Assembly: GCA_963716725.1 (NCBI GenBank)
Contig: CAVQUB010000007.1
Span: forward strand, 1-64,000
Length of the DNA: 64,000 nucleotides
Reading direction: 5' to 3'
From: an uncultured delta proteobacterium
GTDB taxonomy: Bacteria > Myxococcota_A > Polyangia > Polyangiales > Polyangiaceae
The notes under the pieces are model-generated. The model saw nothing but the letters and a program-made list of their open reading frames with translations, was not told the origin of the DNA and searched no databases. Positions 1 to 13,292 of this stretch are shown here, piece by piece; position 1 is the stretch's first letter; each line of letters starts with the position of its first letter. The translations under genes and the position numbers were made by a program.

Positions 1-196
1 GATTCATTATCGTCGCCATGATTTCCTGGATGGTGGCGACTGGCCTGGATGCAGACTGTGGCAGGGGAGGCTTCGCAGTCGCTGAAGGCGGCGCACCCGG
101 CTGGGCGTTCGGCTTTCCGGCCGGCTGCTGGGCTGCGACGCCGACCGTCAGCCACAGCAGGACGTTCACCGAGAGCAGGCGAGCGAACATTCGCAT
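1..196 (-). CDS. Secreted hypothetical protein, 5' part (runs off window start)
   Basis: Manual translation MRMFARLLSVNVLLWLTVGVAAQQPAGKPNAQPGAPP...VATIQEIMATIMN; signal-peptide-like N-terminus; GAGAGGA SD upstream; not in the ORF track because it is truncated. Confidence 0.6.
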   Translation of the reverse strand, partial: MRMFARLLSVNVLLWLTVGVAAQQPAGKPNAQPGAPPSATAKPPLPQSASRPVATIQEIMATIMN

Positions 197-351
197 GGGG
201 CGGTCCTCTCTGCGGTCAATCGTACGACGCCGCAGGAAGCACGCAGCGCGAAGAGTTCCTGAAGTTTTCTTCAGGCCGAGAGGCTTGCACCCTGTTCCTT
301 CAGGTCTCGTCCTCCGTGTCCTCGGTGTCTACCGTTGTGGCGAGGTCAGGC

Positions 352-1390
352 CTACTTCGAGCTCTTGGTCCCGACGTTGGCCGCGGCTTCCTTCTCGACG
401 GCGCGCGCCCCCGTGAGCAGGTTCGTCATGCCGTAGTTCGCTTCGTGGCAGGCGTACGCGAAGATCCGATCGTCGGTCCTGTGCATCGGTATCTGCGCCG
501 TCCACGGCTTGGTCCACGTGGTCGGGTCGGTCACGGTGAATTCGTACTGCAGCGTTTCGGCGTCAAGCAGGGTGAAGCGTTCGACAAGCTGCAGGTTCGG
601 GCTGGAGCCACGCAGCGATGTCTCGCTCGAGAAGTTCTTCGTTTCGACGACCAGCGTGTCGCCGTCCCAACGTCCGCGCCATGTCCCGGCCCACTGGCGC
701 ACGTTTCCATGCGGCCGCCCGTCGAGCGGCACGACGCGCGCGTTGTGAACCATCTCGTTCATCAGCATCACAGAGCCGGGAACCTGGAACGATCTGCACG
801 TTCTGGTTATACCCGCCGGGAGCCCATGGCGGCCCGGCGTTGAAGCCCATGATGCAGCGTTCGCCGACGCTGCGGTCTTCAGGCCCTTCGGCCGGACGTT
901 CCCGCCGGTCCTCCAGCACTTCGAGTCTCTTTTGCGCCTCCGGTGTGAGCGCGGGAATCCGGCCGTCCGGCGGATCCACGATGAGGGACGTCCGCAGGTT
1001 GCCGACGACCTTGGTGCCGCGCATCCCACCAGAAGTCGTTGTAGGCCAGCGCGACGGGCGGTTACCGGGTAACCGTCTATGATGCCCCGTGGCTTCCTTG
1101 TCCCGGTTGGTGTCGGCGTTTCGGCCTTCGACCACCTGGCGCTCGAACGCTGCGGCCTCAGCCGCCGTCAGCGTGGCCTTGCCGGTGAACTCGCTGGGCC
1201 GTTCCATCGGGGTGACGGTCCGGAAATCCCAGGTCCCCTGCATGTCGGGCTTGCCGTCAGGCGTGCGTGGGGGGGTCCACTTCCGCGCGGACGCGGTCGC
1301 GCCATTCGTGGCCGACTGGCCCGAGACAGCGATGACACCGAGCGATGCCACGACCAGCGCGCTGATGGACGCCACGATCCGCTGCCGCAT
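352..1390 (-). CDS. Secreted hypothetical protein of the Acidobacteriota 'PRTPDGKPDxQGxW' family (frameshifted)
   Basis: Joins ORF 563..1390 (signal peptide, WTPPRTPDGKPDMQGTWDFRT) and ORF 352..1029 (GRWDGDTLVVET, VTDPTTWTKPW, YACHEANY); AGGAGG SD upstream. Confidence 0.75.
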
Positions 1391-1467
1391 GTGAACCTCC
1401 TGAGCTCAAAATCAGGTCCGGCGCCGCCGGCCTGAGACATAGATCGCCAAATTATAGAGGGTATCGG

Positions 1468-3815
1468 TCAGAACCGGAACAGCCGATTGATCTTCACCAC
1501 GAACGCCCGGTTCTTGAGCCCGCGCACGGTGGTCGGCGGCGCGAAGCGGTCGGTGGTGTCGCGCTCGTCGGTGTAGACGAGGAAGATCTCGCTCCCCGGC
1601 GCGTACTCCCAGCGGAAGCGCAGGTTGGTGCTGAAGGCGCGGTCGGCGGAGTTGTACTGCAGCAGCCCGCTCACGAACATCAGCGGCGAGAAGCCGTAGT
1701 CCACGCCGCGCACGCGCGAGGCGCGTGGTGAACGACCCCGCGGCCCGCTCGATGCGGGTGATCGAGAAGGTCGGCTCCAGCGCGAGCCGCTGCGAGATGG
1801 CGACGCGCGCGCTGGAGAAGGAGTTGCCCGGCCCGAAGGTCACGCTGCGGATCGTGCCGTCGTAGTAGTCGCCCAACTGCAGCTTGATGGTGCCCGAGGC
1901 GCGCCGCTGCGCGCCGAAGTCGTACGCCACCGTGACGTCGGAGAAGGTGTAGCCGCCGACGGCGATCGGCGCCGGTGAGCCCGAGGGCGTGAAGGGCACT
2001 CGCAGGAACTCGTAGTCGTGCGTGACGTCGATCGAGAACTTGTCGCTGCTCGCGAACTCGGTGTCGAAGTGCCCGGCCGAGACCCGCGCGTCCACCGTGC
2101 CGTCGCCATTCTCCACGTACTCGGCGGACACCGTCCACGTGAACTTGCGCACGCTCGGGATCAGCATCGTGCGGGCGCGGGCTGAAGCGGAGCTGGCCCG
2201 TACGACCGGTTGAAGTCGGCGCGCCGCCGGAATCCCGACCTGCGGGTCGAAGTTCGCGCCCACCGAGAGGTACTCGACGCTCGCGCCGTACCGGTCGGCG
2301 CTGTAGTCGACCTTGCCCTGGTAGCTCTCGTCGTTCCCGTTGAGTCCGTCGGTGTTGGTGCGCGCCCAGTAGGTGCCGGCGGTGAGCGTCTGCGTGAGGA
2401 GGAAGGCGCCGTCCACGCCGTACGCGAGGTTGGAGCCCGTGCCCGACGTCGCCACCGAGCGGTTCGTCGCCATCAGCGCCGATCGAGCTGCGCCGGAGCA
2501 CGTCGCGCTTGAGGCGCAGCACGGTGAAGTTCGTCGCCTCGGTGGGCGAGGCGTCGTCGGTCGGAGGTGCCGATGTTCATCAGGCCGATCGCATACGGCC
2601 CGAGCTTGCCGGTGAGTCGGCCGCCGACGTTGATCGGGACCACCGCGCCGTTGTTGAGCCCGATGCGCCGCGTGTAGAAGAGGTAGGGCGTGTCGGAGCC
2701 GCCGGCTGCCGAGCACGCCGCTCCCGCCGCGGCCGAAGTCGAAGATGCCGCGCCCTTCGAGGAAGAAGTCGCGCTTCTCGGGGAAGAAGAGGGAGAAGCG
2801 CGTGAGGTTCACCTGCTGCTCGTCGATCTCCACCTGCGCGAAGTCGGTGTTCACGGTGAGGTCGGCGGTGAGGTTCGGCGTGATCGCGTACTTCACGTCG
2901 CCGCCGATCTCCTGCCGAACTCGTCGTTCACCGGCGGGCACGCGCACGCGGTCGCTGCGTCACGCGCGCCACGGCGTACGGCTTGAGCTCGATGTTCTTG
3001 CCCGCCTCGGGGAGGTCGAGCCCCACCAGCGTGCCGCCCGCCGAGACGCGGTTGAGCGCCTGCGGCCCCGCGAGGATGCGCGGCACCGGCGTCAGGTAGT
3101 GCCCACTCGTTCTTGTGGCGGATGGAGCGGCGGATCTGCATGCCCCACACCTGGTCCGGGCCCGGCGCGATAGCGCAGCGACTTGAACGGGATCGCCATC
3201 TCCACCGTCCAGCCGCCGTCGAAGCGGCCGGTCTTGGACGTCCAGACCGGGTTCCAGTCGGAGTTCGAGCCGCCCTCGTCCACCACCGAGTAGTCGGCGC
3301 GCGCGCCGAGCGGGTTGGTGTAGAAGGCGAACCCGCTGCGCCGGTCGTAGAAGGTGTCGAACATCATCGCCGATGTGTTCGTTGTTGCGGAGCCCGCCGG
3401 TGTCGCGGCGCAGCTCGTTCACCACCCACTCCGCTCGGCGGCGACGTGTCCCAGCAGCGGCAGGCGAGGTAGATGTACTGCTCGTCGTAGGTGATCACCC
3501 AGATGTCGCTGCGCTCGGTGGCGCCGGCGCCGTAGTCGGGGGCGACCTGGATGCATGCCGTCGAACGGCAGCTCGCGCGTGTAGACCTCCTCGTCGAGCA
3601 CGCCGTCGAGCTTGAGTGGCGCGGCGAGCTTGATCGCGCGCACGGTGGCCTGGCCGGCGGCGTCGCGCGTGATGACGGCGGGGGCGACGGGGTCGGGGCG
3701 GGCCGTCGATGGGGGTCATCGATTGAGCCGCGGCGCGCGAGCCACCGGCCAGACACAGGAGCACGAGGAGGAGCGCGACCGGCATCGGGACCATGAGGAT
3801 ACCGGAAACCAGCAC
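1468..3815 (-). CDS. CBM9-like / DUF5916 outer-membrane-associated protein (many frameshifts)
   Basis: Fragments LKLDGVLDE, FDTFYDRRSGFAFYTNPLG, GWTVEMAIPFKSLRY, DLTVNTDFAQVEIDEQQVNLTRFSLFFPEKRDFFLEG, NLRFRWEYAPGSEIFLVY; C-terminal Phe. Confidence 0.8.
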
Positions 3816-3926
3816 GACGCGCGGCGGCCGTCAATCGCCGCCGGCGGGTTCGGGATTGTGCGCATCGGCGTGCCGACGGCTCACTTCCCGCTCCTCGCTT
3901 CAGCGCCGGCGTGTACAATCCCGCGC

Positions 3927-4566
3927 ATGTCGAAGCGTGGCCCGGTCGCGGTCGTCCTCGCCGTTCTTCTCCTGGCGGCCCCTGCGCTCGCGGCACAGCG
4001 AGGGCCGGGAGGCCCGTCGCGGATTGTCCTCATCGTCGACTCGAGCTCGGCCGTCGCCTCGATGCTCACTCATTTCCGCGCCGGGCTGAACAGCTTTCTG
4101 GAGGCGCTGCCAGGCGAGCCGGAAGTGGCCATCATCAGCACCGGCGGTCAGACTGCGCATCCGCGCCGCGCCCACGACCGATCGCGCGAAGCTGCGCGCC
4201 GTGGCCGACGGCTTCTCGTCGGACGGCGGCGGCAACTCGTTTGCTCGACACGCTGCTCGAAGCCGACCGCCGCTTTCTCAAGAACGCGGCCGATCGACGA
4301 TCGATTTTCGTGATCCTGACAACCGACGCCGGCGCCGCGGTGGCCGAGGTCGGGGTCGACGCTACAACAAGTTTGCGAACGATTTTCAGACCAGAGGTGG
4401 CCGTGCCCACGCGATCGTCATCCGCGGCGTCAACAGCGGCATGACGACGCAGATTGCCGAGAATCTGACGCGCAATACCGGCGGCTACTACGACGTCGTC
4501 GGCATTGCCAACGCGCTGCCGAAGCTGATGAGGGTCCTGGCTGAATACGTGGGCGCCGATCTTTAG
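3927..4566 (+). CDS. Secreted VWA-like domain protein (frameshifted)
   Basis: Signal peptide, then IVLIVDSSS (MIDAS-like), FVILTTD and TRNTGGYY across ORFs 3612..4313, 3911..4444 and 4201..4566. Confidence 0.6.
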
Positions 4567-4680
4567 AGTGCGACATCAACGACGACGCTCGCGATCGCGG
4601 TGCCTCTCGCGGTAAGCCGCAATTTCGCAACCTCTTCTGATTCTGCAGTGTGTTCCAAGAGTCCGAGCGTCGAAGACGAC

Positions 4681-4977
4681 TCACGATCCGACCGTCCCGT
4701 CGGTCCACCAGCGTCGGCGATCGATCGTCTCACGCGGAAACCGACGACGATCGTGATGCGACCGCCGCTCGGGTGAGTAGGCCGCGAGCCTCCAGCCCGT
4801 GCGCAGCAGGAACTTTTCCATATCGCCCTGAAACCGATCGAGTGCCTCGCCGTCGGGGAAGGAGATGTCCCGCCGTCGCGGGCAATGGTGAGCACCGGTG
4901 AGTCCCCACCCTGGGGCGCACCTGCTGCAGGGTCACAGTGCGCTCTCCTTTCTGAAGGTCCACGTGGCATCGAGCAC
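4681..4977 (-). CDS. Small hypothetical protein (frameshifted)
   Basis: Manual stitching gives ...TWTFRKGERTVTLQQV...ISFPDGEALDRFQGDMEKFLLRTGWRLAAYSPERRSHHDRRRFPRETIDRRRWWTDGTVGS*; fills an otherwise empty gap. Confidence 0.45.
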
Positions 4978-5147
4978 TTGGGGAACGTATCGGCGCGAGG
5001 CCCGCCAATCGGAAGGGCTCAGGTCGCGCGTGCTGTGAGAAGCAGGACAACGGCGGTCGGACGAAATGGTCGCCGGCCGCCGGTCGCTCAGGTGTAGGAT
5101 TGGCTCGTTCGGGGCGGGCAATCTGGAATCGACGAGGAGAACAACCC

Positions 5148-6030
5148 ATGTCACAGACTGCTGGGCTGAACCGTAGAGCGTTTCTCAAGAATGCGGGCTT
5201 GACCGCACTGGCCGGCGCCGTCTGCGCCGGGCACGTCCCTGGCGGCCGGCGCCACCGCGGCCGCAGGCGCCGCGCTGGCCGCGGCCGGAGAGCCCTTCGA
5301 TTTCGACACGCCCTATAGCCGGATCGGCACCGATTCGACCAAGTGGGACCAGCAGATGGTCGTCTTCGGCGAGCCCCATCTCGTGGCCGGCATGGGCACC
5401 GCCGACATGGATTTCAAGGTGGCGCCCTGCATCACGCGGGCGATGATGGAGCGTCTGCGAGCACGAGAACTGGGGCTACCTGACGATGCCGCGCTCGTTT
5501 ACCGACGGCATCGTGAAGTGGAACCAGCGGCGCTACGGCGTCACCATCAATCCCGATCAGATGCTCGTGACCACCGGCGTGCACCCGGCCCTGATCGCCG
5601 CGATCAAGGCGTTCTCGCCAACGGGCAGCAAGGTCCTCGTTCAGACGCCGACCTACAACGGGTTCTTCGGCGACATCCGCGTCGCCGGATGTCTCGCGGA
5701 GGAGAGCCCGCTGAAGCTGGCGAACGGCCGCTATTCGATGGACTTCGACGATCTGGAGCGTCGCATCGGCCACGACACCCATTCGCTGATTCTCTGCAAC
5801 CCGCAGAACCCGACGGGGAACTGCTGGTCGCGCGAGGACCTGATGAGGGTCGGCGAAATCTGCACCAGGCGCCGCGTCGTCGTGTTCGCCGACGAGATTC
5901 ACTGCGACTTCGTGACCAGGGGCCACAAGTACCACGCCCTACGCTTCGCTGGCGAACAAAGACATCGTCATGAACAGCCTGACCTTCAAGGCGGCGAGCA
6001 AGTCGTTCGGTCTGGCGGCGATGCCGGCGT
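5148..6030 (+). CDS. MalY/PatB-family PLP C-S lyase with Tat signal peptide, truncated at the 3' end
   Basis: NRRAFLK Tat motif; [43 protein letters not shown] (PLP Lys); homology stops right after [17 protein letters not shown]. Confidence 0.8.
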
Positions 6031-6103
6031 TTTCGTCGGCAGCGGACCGATCGGGTAGCATGGGACCCACGCCCAGCGCGGCCCGCCGCACGCCGCGGCG
6101 CCC

Positions 6104-7962
<1,859 letters not shown>

Positions 7963-7983
7963 TGATCGGGCCGTCCGCCCGCC

Positions 7984-10271
7984 ATGGAGCCGCTCGCCGT
8001 CGCCGCCCTGATCCTGCTCGCGCTCGTCGTCGGGGTCGCGGCGTTGCTGGGCACCCGCCCCGGGGCGGTCGTGGCCCGCGCCGTGCTGCGGCCGCTGGTG
8101 AGGCTCGTGTACGCCTTCCGCGTCGAGGGTGGCAGCCTGGTGCCGCGCACAGGCGGCGCGCTCCTGGTGGCCAACCACGTCTCCTATGCGGACGCCTTCC
8201 TGCTGGGCGCCTGCGTGGAACGGCCCGTGCGCTTCCTGATGCACCGCTCGTTCCTGGCCAATCCCCTGGTGGCTGCCTTCGCGCGCTGGGTCGGCGCGAT
8301 CCCGGTCGCCGCGGGCGACACGCCACAGGAGCGCGAGCAGGCGCTCGCGGCGGCGGCCCGGGCCCTGACCGAGGGCGGGCTGGTGGCGATCTTCGCGGAG
8401 GGTCGCATCACGCGCACGGGCACCCTGCTCGGCTTCCGGCGCGGGCTCGAGACGATCGCCCGCACGGCCGGTGCGCCGATCGTGCCGGTCGCGCTGGACG
8501 AGGTCTGGGGCAGCATCTTCAGCTACGCCGGCGGGCGCGCCGTGATGAAGTGGCCGCGGCGGCTGCCCTACCGGGTGCGCGTCGCCTTCGGAGCGCCGCT
8601 GCCCCCGGACACCCCCAGCCACCTCGTCCGGGACGCCATCGGAGAGCTGCTCGCGCGCTCGGCCGAGCAGCGCGCGCTCGAGGAGCCCGACCTGGCGCGC
8701 TCGTTCGTGCGCACGGCCCGGCGCCACCGGCGGCGCGTGGCGCTCGTGGACGAGCGCGGGGAGGCTGTCCGGTACGAGCAGCTCCTGGCCGCCTCGCTGG
8801 CCCTCGCCCGCACGCTGCGCCATGCCCTGGGCGAGCCGCGGCGCGTGGGCGTGCTGCTGAGTCCCGGACGCGCCGCGGTCGAGGCGCACCTGGCCCTGGC
8901 CCTGGCGGGACGCGTGGTGGTTGCCATCGATCCGGCGCTGGGCACGGCCGGCGCGGTCGAGCTCGTGCGCCGGGCCGGGCTGTCGGTCGTGCTCGGCCGG
9001 CGCGAGGACGCGCGTCGGCTGGGCCTGGAGGGGAGCGCCGGATCGGGTGGGACCAGGCTGCTGGAGGTGGAGGACCTGCGCGCCGAGGCAGCGCGTCGCC
9101 ACGGGGGCTGGGCGCGGCGGCGCGCGCGTCGTCCCGCAGCCTGGATCGAGGGACGGCTCTCGCGGCTGCCGGCCGCAGCCGATCCGGCGGCCGTCCTGGT
9201 CACGAGCGGGACCGAGGCCGCAGCGCGGGCAGTCGCCTGCCACACGCCTCCGTGGCCTCGAACGTGCGCGCCCTGGCCCAGGTGGGCGAGGTCGTCGCGC
9301 AGGACCGCGTGCTCGGGGTGCTGCCCTTCAGCCACGCCCTCGGGCACACCGTGACGCTGTGGACGCCGCTGCTGACCGGGGCGAGGCTCGTCCTCGCCGA
9401 CGCCGCCGGCGATCCGCAGGCCCTGCTGGAGCTCGTGCGCACCGAGCGCCCGACCCTGCTCGTCGCAACGCCGGCGCTGTTCGCCCGCTGGGTCGAGCTG
9501 TTCGCGCCCGAGGACCTCTCCGACGTGCGTCTGGCGATCAGCGGGGGCGAGCACCTCCCGCTCGCCACGGCCCAGGCCTGGCAGGCGCGCTTCGGCAGGC
9601 CCCTGCACGAGGGCTACGGCGCCACCGAGCTCGGGCCGGTGGTCGCCGTCGATCTGCCCGACGTCGAGCGCGGCGGGCTCACGCAGTCCAACCACGCGGC
9701 CGGCACGGTCGGTCGCTCGCTCCCGGGCATCGCCGTGCGCGTCGTGCGCGACGAGGACGGGACGCCCTGCGAGCCGGACGAGGAGGGCGCCGTGCTGGTG
9801 CGCGGACCGAACCTGATGGCGGGCTGGCTGGACGAGCACGGCGCTCTCGTGTGCCGGCTGCGCGAGGGCTGGTACGACACCGCGGACGTGGGCGCGCTCG
9901 ACCGCGACGGCTTCCTGGTCGTGGTCGACCGGCGCGAGCGCTTCGTCGAGCACGGAGACCGGCGCGTTGCCCTGGCGCGCATCGAGGATGCCTTGCGCAG
10001 CGGGCACCCAGGTCGGCTCGCGCGCCTCGCCGCCGTGCGGGTCGAGCAAGCCGGTGGGGAGCGGGTCGGAATCGTCCACGAGCCACTGGACGTCCTGCCC
10101 CAGAGGCTGATCGAGCTCGCGCGCGCCCACCTGGGGTCCCAGGCAGTCCTGGCGGAGCGCGCAACCTGGGTCGAGGTCCCCGCGCTCCCCGTGCTCGCCA
10201 GCGGCAAGCTCGACCTCAGGGCGCTCGGTCGTCTGCTGGCGGCTGCGGTCCGCTGCCCGGACCTGCGCTGA
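7984..10271 (+). CDS. Aas-like fusion: PlsC acyltransferase plus AMP-binding domain (one frameshift near 9245)
   Basis: NHVSYAD and IFAEGRITRTG acyltransferase motifs; LPFSHALG, EGYGATE, RGPNLMAGW and LPVLASGKLD adenylation motifs. Confidence 0.85.
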
Positions 10272-10818
10272 CGGCGGCGAGGGTGCGTTCGAGCTGCGCC
10301 AGGTGACGCTCGAGGTGCAGGTCGATCAGCCGCAGGTACTGGTACAGGTCCAGCTTGCGGCCCACGACCGACATGCCGATCGCGTGCAGGCACCCCTCGC
10401 CGGCGGGCAGTCGGCGCAGGTGCTCTTGGCAACGCTCGCGCTGGGCCTCCAGCTCGCGGGCGAGGGCCTGGCGCGAGATCGCTCCCGACGGGGTCATGTG
10501 CTCGGGGTGGGGCCAGGTGAAGGAGCGCAGGCACAGCGCCTCCAGGAAGGCCAGGTCGCTCGCCCGGCCCGGGAGCGCGGCGCCGGCGGCCCGGCGCCGC
10601 AGGCAGCGCGCGGCGATCTTGTCGACCAGCAGCAGCAAGTAGCGCTGACACAGGGCGAGGTGCTCGATGATCTCGCCCGCGCTCCAGGCGTCGGGGCCGG
10701 GACGCGCCCGCCAGCGCGGGTCGTCGAGTGCCAGCCAGGGCTGCAGTCGCTCGAAGTGCTGCTCGAGAGAGCGCGCCAGCCGGCGGATCACGAGCGTCGG
10801 GGGCGAGTCGGGCAGCAC
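10216..10818 (-). CDS. DinB/YfiT-family protein
   Basis: RPGPDAWSAGEIIEHL and DLHLERHLAQLER motifs; GTG start 10 nt downstream of the ECF gene stop. Confidence 0.75.
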   Translation of the reverse strand: MLPDSPPTLVIRRLARSLEQHFERLQPWLALDDPRWRARPGPDAWSAGEIIEHLALCQRYLLLLVDKIAARCLRRRAAGAALPGRASDLAFLEALCLRSFTWPHPEHMTPSGAISRQALARELEAQRERCQEHLRRLPAGEGCLHAIGMSVVGRKLDLYQYLRLIDLHLERHLAQLERTLAAVSAGPGSGPQPPADDRAP

Positions 10819-10828
10819 GTGCGCAGAG

Positions 10829-11443
10829 CTAGTGCAGCTCGCTGCGTCGCAGGTGGCGCACCAGCGCGGCCAGGGCCTTGGCGTAGCCCTTGCGCACGAC
10901 GCTCGTCGAGGTACCACGCTGGCGCGCGATGTCCTCCCAGGTGCGTTGCTCGAAGTCGCGCAGCCACAGGACCTCCTGCTGCTCGTCCTCGAGCATTCGC
11001 ATGGCCTCGAGCACCTGAGCCCGCCGCTGCGCCCGTTCCATGACCGCGCTCGGGGTCTGGTCCTCCTCCGTGGCCCGGGCGAGCTCCGCGACGTCGGCGC
11101 CGGCCAGCTCGCGCTCGGGCGAGCGCTTCGAGGCCTCGTGGGCGCGGATGCGCGTGGTCAGCTCGTTGCGGGTGATCTCCTTGAGCCAGGCCCGGAAGGC
11201 CGCCTCGCCGCGGTACTCGTGGCGAGGCAGGGCCTGGAAGGCGGCCAGGAAGGCCGCCTGGAGCACGTCCTCGGCGTCGAAGCGCCCGCGCAGTTGATCG
11301 GGCAGCCCGGCCTGGGCCGAGAAGGCGAGCAGGGGTCGATAACGCTGGTGCAACCTCTCCCAGGCTGCCTGGTCACCGTGACGAGCGGCCGCGACCCAGC
11401 GTTCGACCTCGTCCACCTGAGCGGAGGGAGGGTCCGTGAGCAT
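10829..11443 (-). CDS. ECF sigma-70 factor, planctomycete-type
   Basis: GDQAAWERL, LRGRFDAEDVLQ, FRAWLKEITRN, TPSAV, region 4 EVLWLRDFEQRTWEDIA. Confidence 0.88.
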   Translation of the reverse strand: MLTDPPSAQVDEVERWVAAARHGDQAAWERLHQRYRPLLAFSAQAGLPDQLRGRFDAEDVLQAAFLAAFQALPRHEYRGEAAFRAWLKEITRNELTTRIRAHEASKRSPERELAGADVAELARATEEDQTPSAVMERAQRRAQVLEAMRMLEDEQQEVLWLRDFEQRTWEDIARQRGTSTSVVRKGYAKALAALVRHLRRSELH

Positions 11444-11515
11444 GCGAGCCCAGCTAGCTTAACTCCCTGCCGCGGGGCCCCCAAGAAACCGCTGCGGAAG
11501 CGGCGTGAAGTGGGT

Positions 11516-12593
11516 CTAGGGGGCTCGCGTCCACAGGTCGATCGCCAGGCCTTCCACCCAGGACGCCGATCCCTCGGGCGTCGTTCCCCGTCGGCTCTCC
11601 TGGTCCCAGCGCAGGCGCAGGACCTCGCGTCCGTCGCGCAAGAGCCAGCTGTGCGGAGGCGGCGACCGGGGGCCTCCCAGCAGCGCCTGCGCGAGCGCGG
11701 CGGGCGCGTACACGTCGGCGAGCTCGACGGTGCGCTCTCCCGCGGGGGCAGGGGTCTCGAGCGGCGCGAGCTCGACCCGTCGATCCGACGCGCTCCAGGT
11801 CGAGCCCGGCGGCAGGAGGCTGAGGCGCGCGTCCACGACGCCGCCGCGCAGTCGCCGCGCGCGGCGTGCGTCGAGCCAGACCACGGCTTCCTCGCCGTGG
11901 ACGCGCAGTTGAGCGCGCTGGAGGTCGGCCACCAGGGCGGACGACCCGGGCAGGTACCCGGCCGTCTCGATCTTCTCGTCGACGACGGCCTGCAGCAGCC
12001 GCTCGATCCGTCCACCGGCCCGTCCGCCGGTGTCGAGCAGGGCCCAGGGCTGGTAGCCCAGCCCCTGGCCGGCGCGCGCCAGCGCGGGGTCGCGTGGGTT
12101 GTGCGATCGCCAGCCGAGCTCCTCGGGTCCGGAGACGACGAAGGCCGCGCAGAGCAGCGCCGCGCTGTCGCCGCGTCCGACCAGGGTCGCTCCGCGGCTC
12201 CAGGCCTCGTGCACGGCGCTCAGGGTGGCCGACGCGCGCTTGCGTGCGAGCAACGCGTCGAGCCAGGCGCGCGTCGTGCCGGGCCCCAGCGCGATGTGCC
12301 GGGCTCTGCGGATGCGCGCCAGGACCGCCCGGTCCGGATTCTGTCCCCGCGGGACGCACGAGCTCGGTCCCCCCGTCGCCGCCCCAGGAGCGAGCGTCGA
12401 TCGGCGCCGGGGTGAGGGCGGTCTGGGCGATGAGCAGCACCGAAGGCGAGCGGACCTCGGCCAGCTCGGGGACCCGACTCGCCTCGACCGTCTCGCCCAG
12501 CAGCACCACCGGACCGGGGTGGTGCGACTGGGCGCGCGCCGCGCGCGGGGCGAGGACCAGGAGCAGCAGCGCGGCCGGGACGGAGCGGTGCAT
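11516..12593 (-). CDS. Secreted cyanophycinase (peptidase S51)-like protein with degenerate active site (frameshift near 12300)
   Basis: Signal peptide; motif order RGATLVGRGDSAALL / GLGYQPWALLDT / GRIERLLQAV / SALVAD / RVHGEEAVVWLDARRA / RLSLLPPG parallels CphB. Confidence 0.55.
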
Positions 12594-12660
12594 CAGCGTC
12601 CCCGACTAGCCCGGGGGCCGTCCCCGGGCCACGCGCCGCTCGCGATCCGCCGGGCCGCGC

Positions 12661-13215
12661 TCACGAGCTCAGGTCCAGCAGGCGCGCCAGGGCGCAGATC
12701 ACCAGGCTGTGGCGGATCTCGCCCGAACGGATCAGGGCGGGAACCTCGGCCAGGGGCAGGGTGGCGACGCGGATGTCCTCGCCGCGATCGAGCTCCTGGT
12801 CGTGGGTCGGGCGGGCGTCCTGGGCCAGGAAGTGGTGGCACAGGTTGTCGTGGAAGGCCGGGTTGGGCTGCACGGCGCCCAGCAGGCTCCAGCGCTCGGC
12901 GCTGTAGCCGCACTCCTCGCGCAGCTCCCGGCGCCCCGCCTCCAGCGGCTCCTCGCCGGGGTCGACCACCCCGCCGGGGATCTCGGTAGTGACCGTCGCC
13001 GTGCCGAAGCGGAACTGGCGCACGACCACGAGCTCGTGGGCGGGCGTGAGCGCGACGACGTTGACCCAGGAGGGGGTCTCGAGCACGACCCGCCGCAGGT
13101 GCTCGCCGGTGCGCGGGTTCTCGAGCGTGTCGAAGCGCGCGCGGCAGATCATCAGGTCGGGTCCGGGCTCGCTGGCGTGGCGCGTCCAGGGGCGGGGGCG
13201 GTCGTCCGTGCTCAT
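12661..13215 (-). CDS. NUDIX hydrolase, ADP-ribose pyrophosphatase-like
   Basis: Nudix box GGVVDPGEEPLEAGRRELREECGY; VRQFRFG. Confidence 0.92.
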   Translation of the reverse strand: MSTDDRPRPWTRHASEPGPDLMICRARFDTLENPRTGEHLRRVVLETPSWVNVVALTPAHELVVVRQFRFGTATVTTEIPGGVVDPGEEPLEAGRRELREECGYSAERWSLLGAVQPNPAFHDNLCHHFLAQDARPTHDQELDRGEDIRVATLPLAEVPALIRSGEIRHSLVICALARLLDLSS

Positions 13216-13292
13216 GGGCGCCAGTCTACGGCGGCGGCCCGCGGGCGCCGCGTCCCATGGTGCGTCTCCCCGGGCCGCGCTACCGTGCGGGG

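Noticed and set aside
6020..6060. Genomic island or prophage boundary
   Set aside because: No integrase, tRNA, att repeat or IS end nearby. Treated as a probable assembly junction instead.
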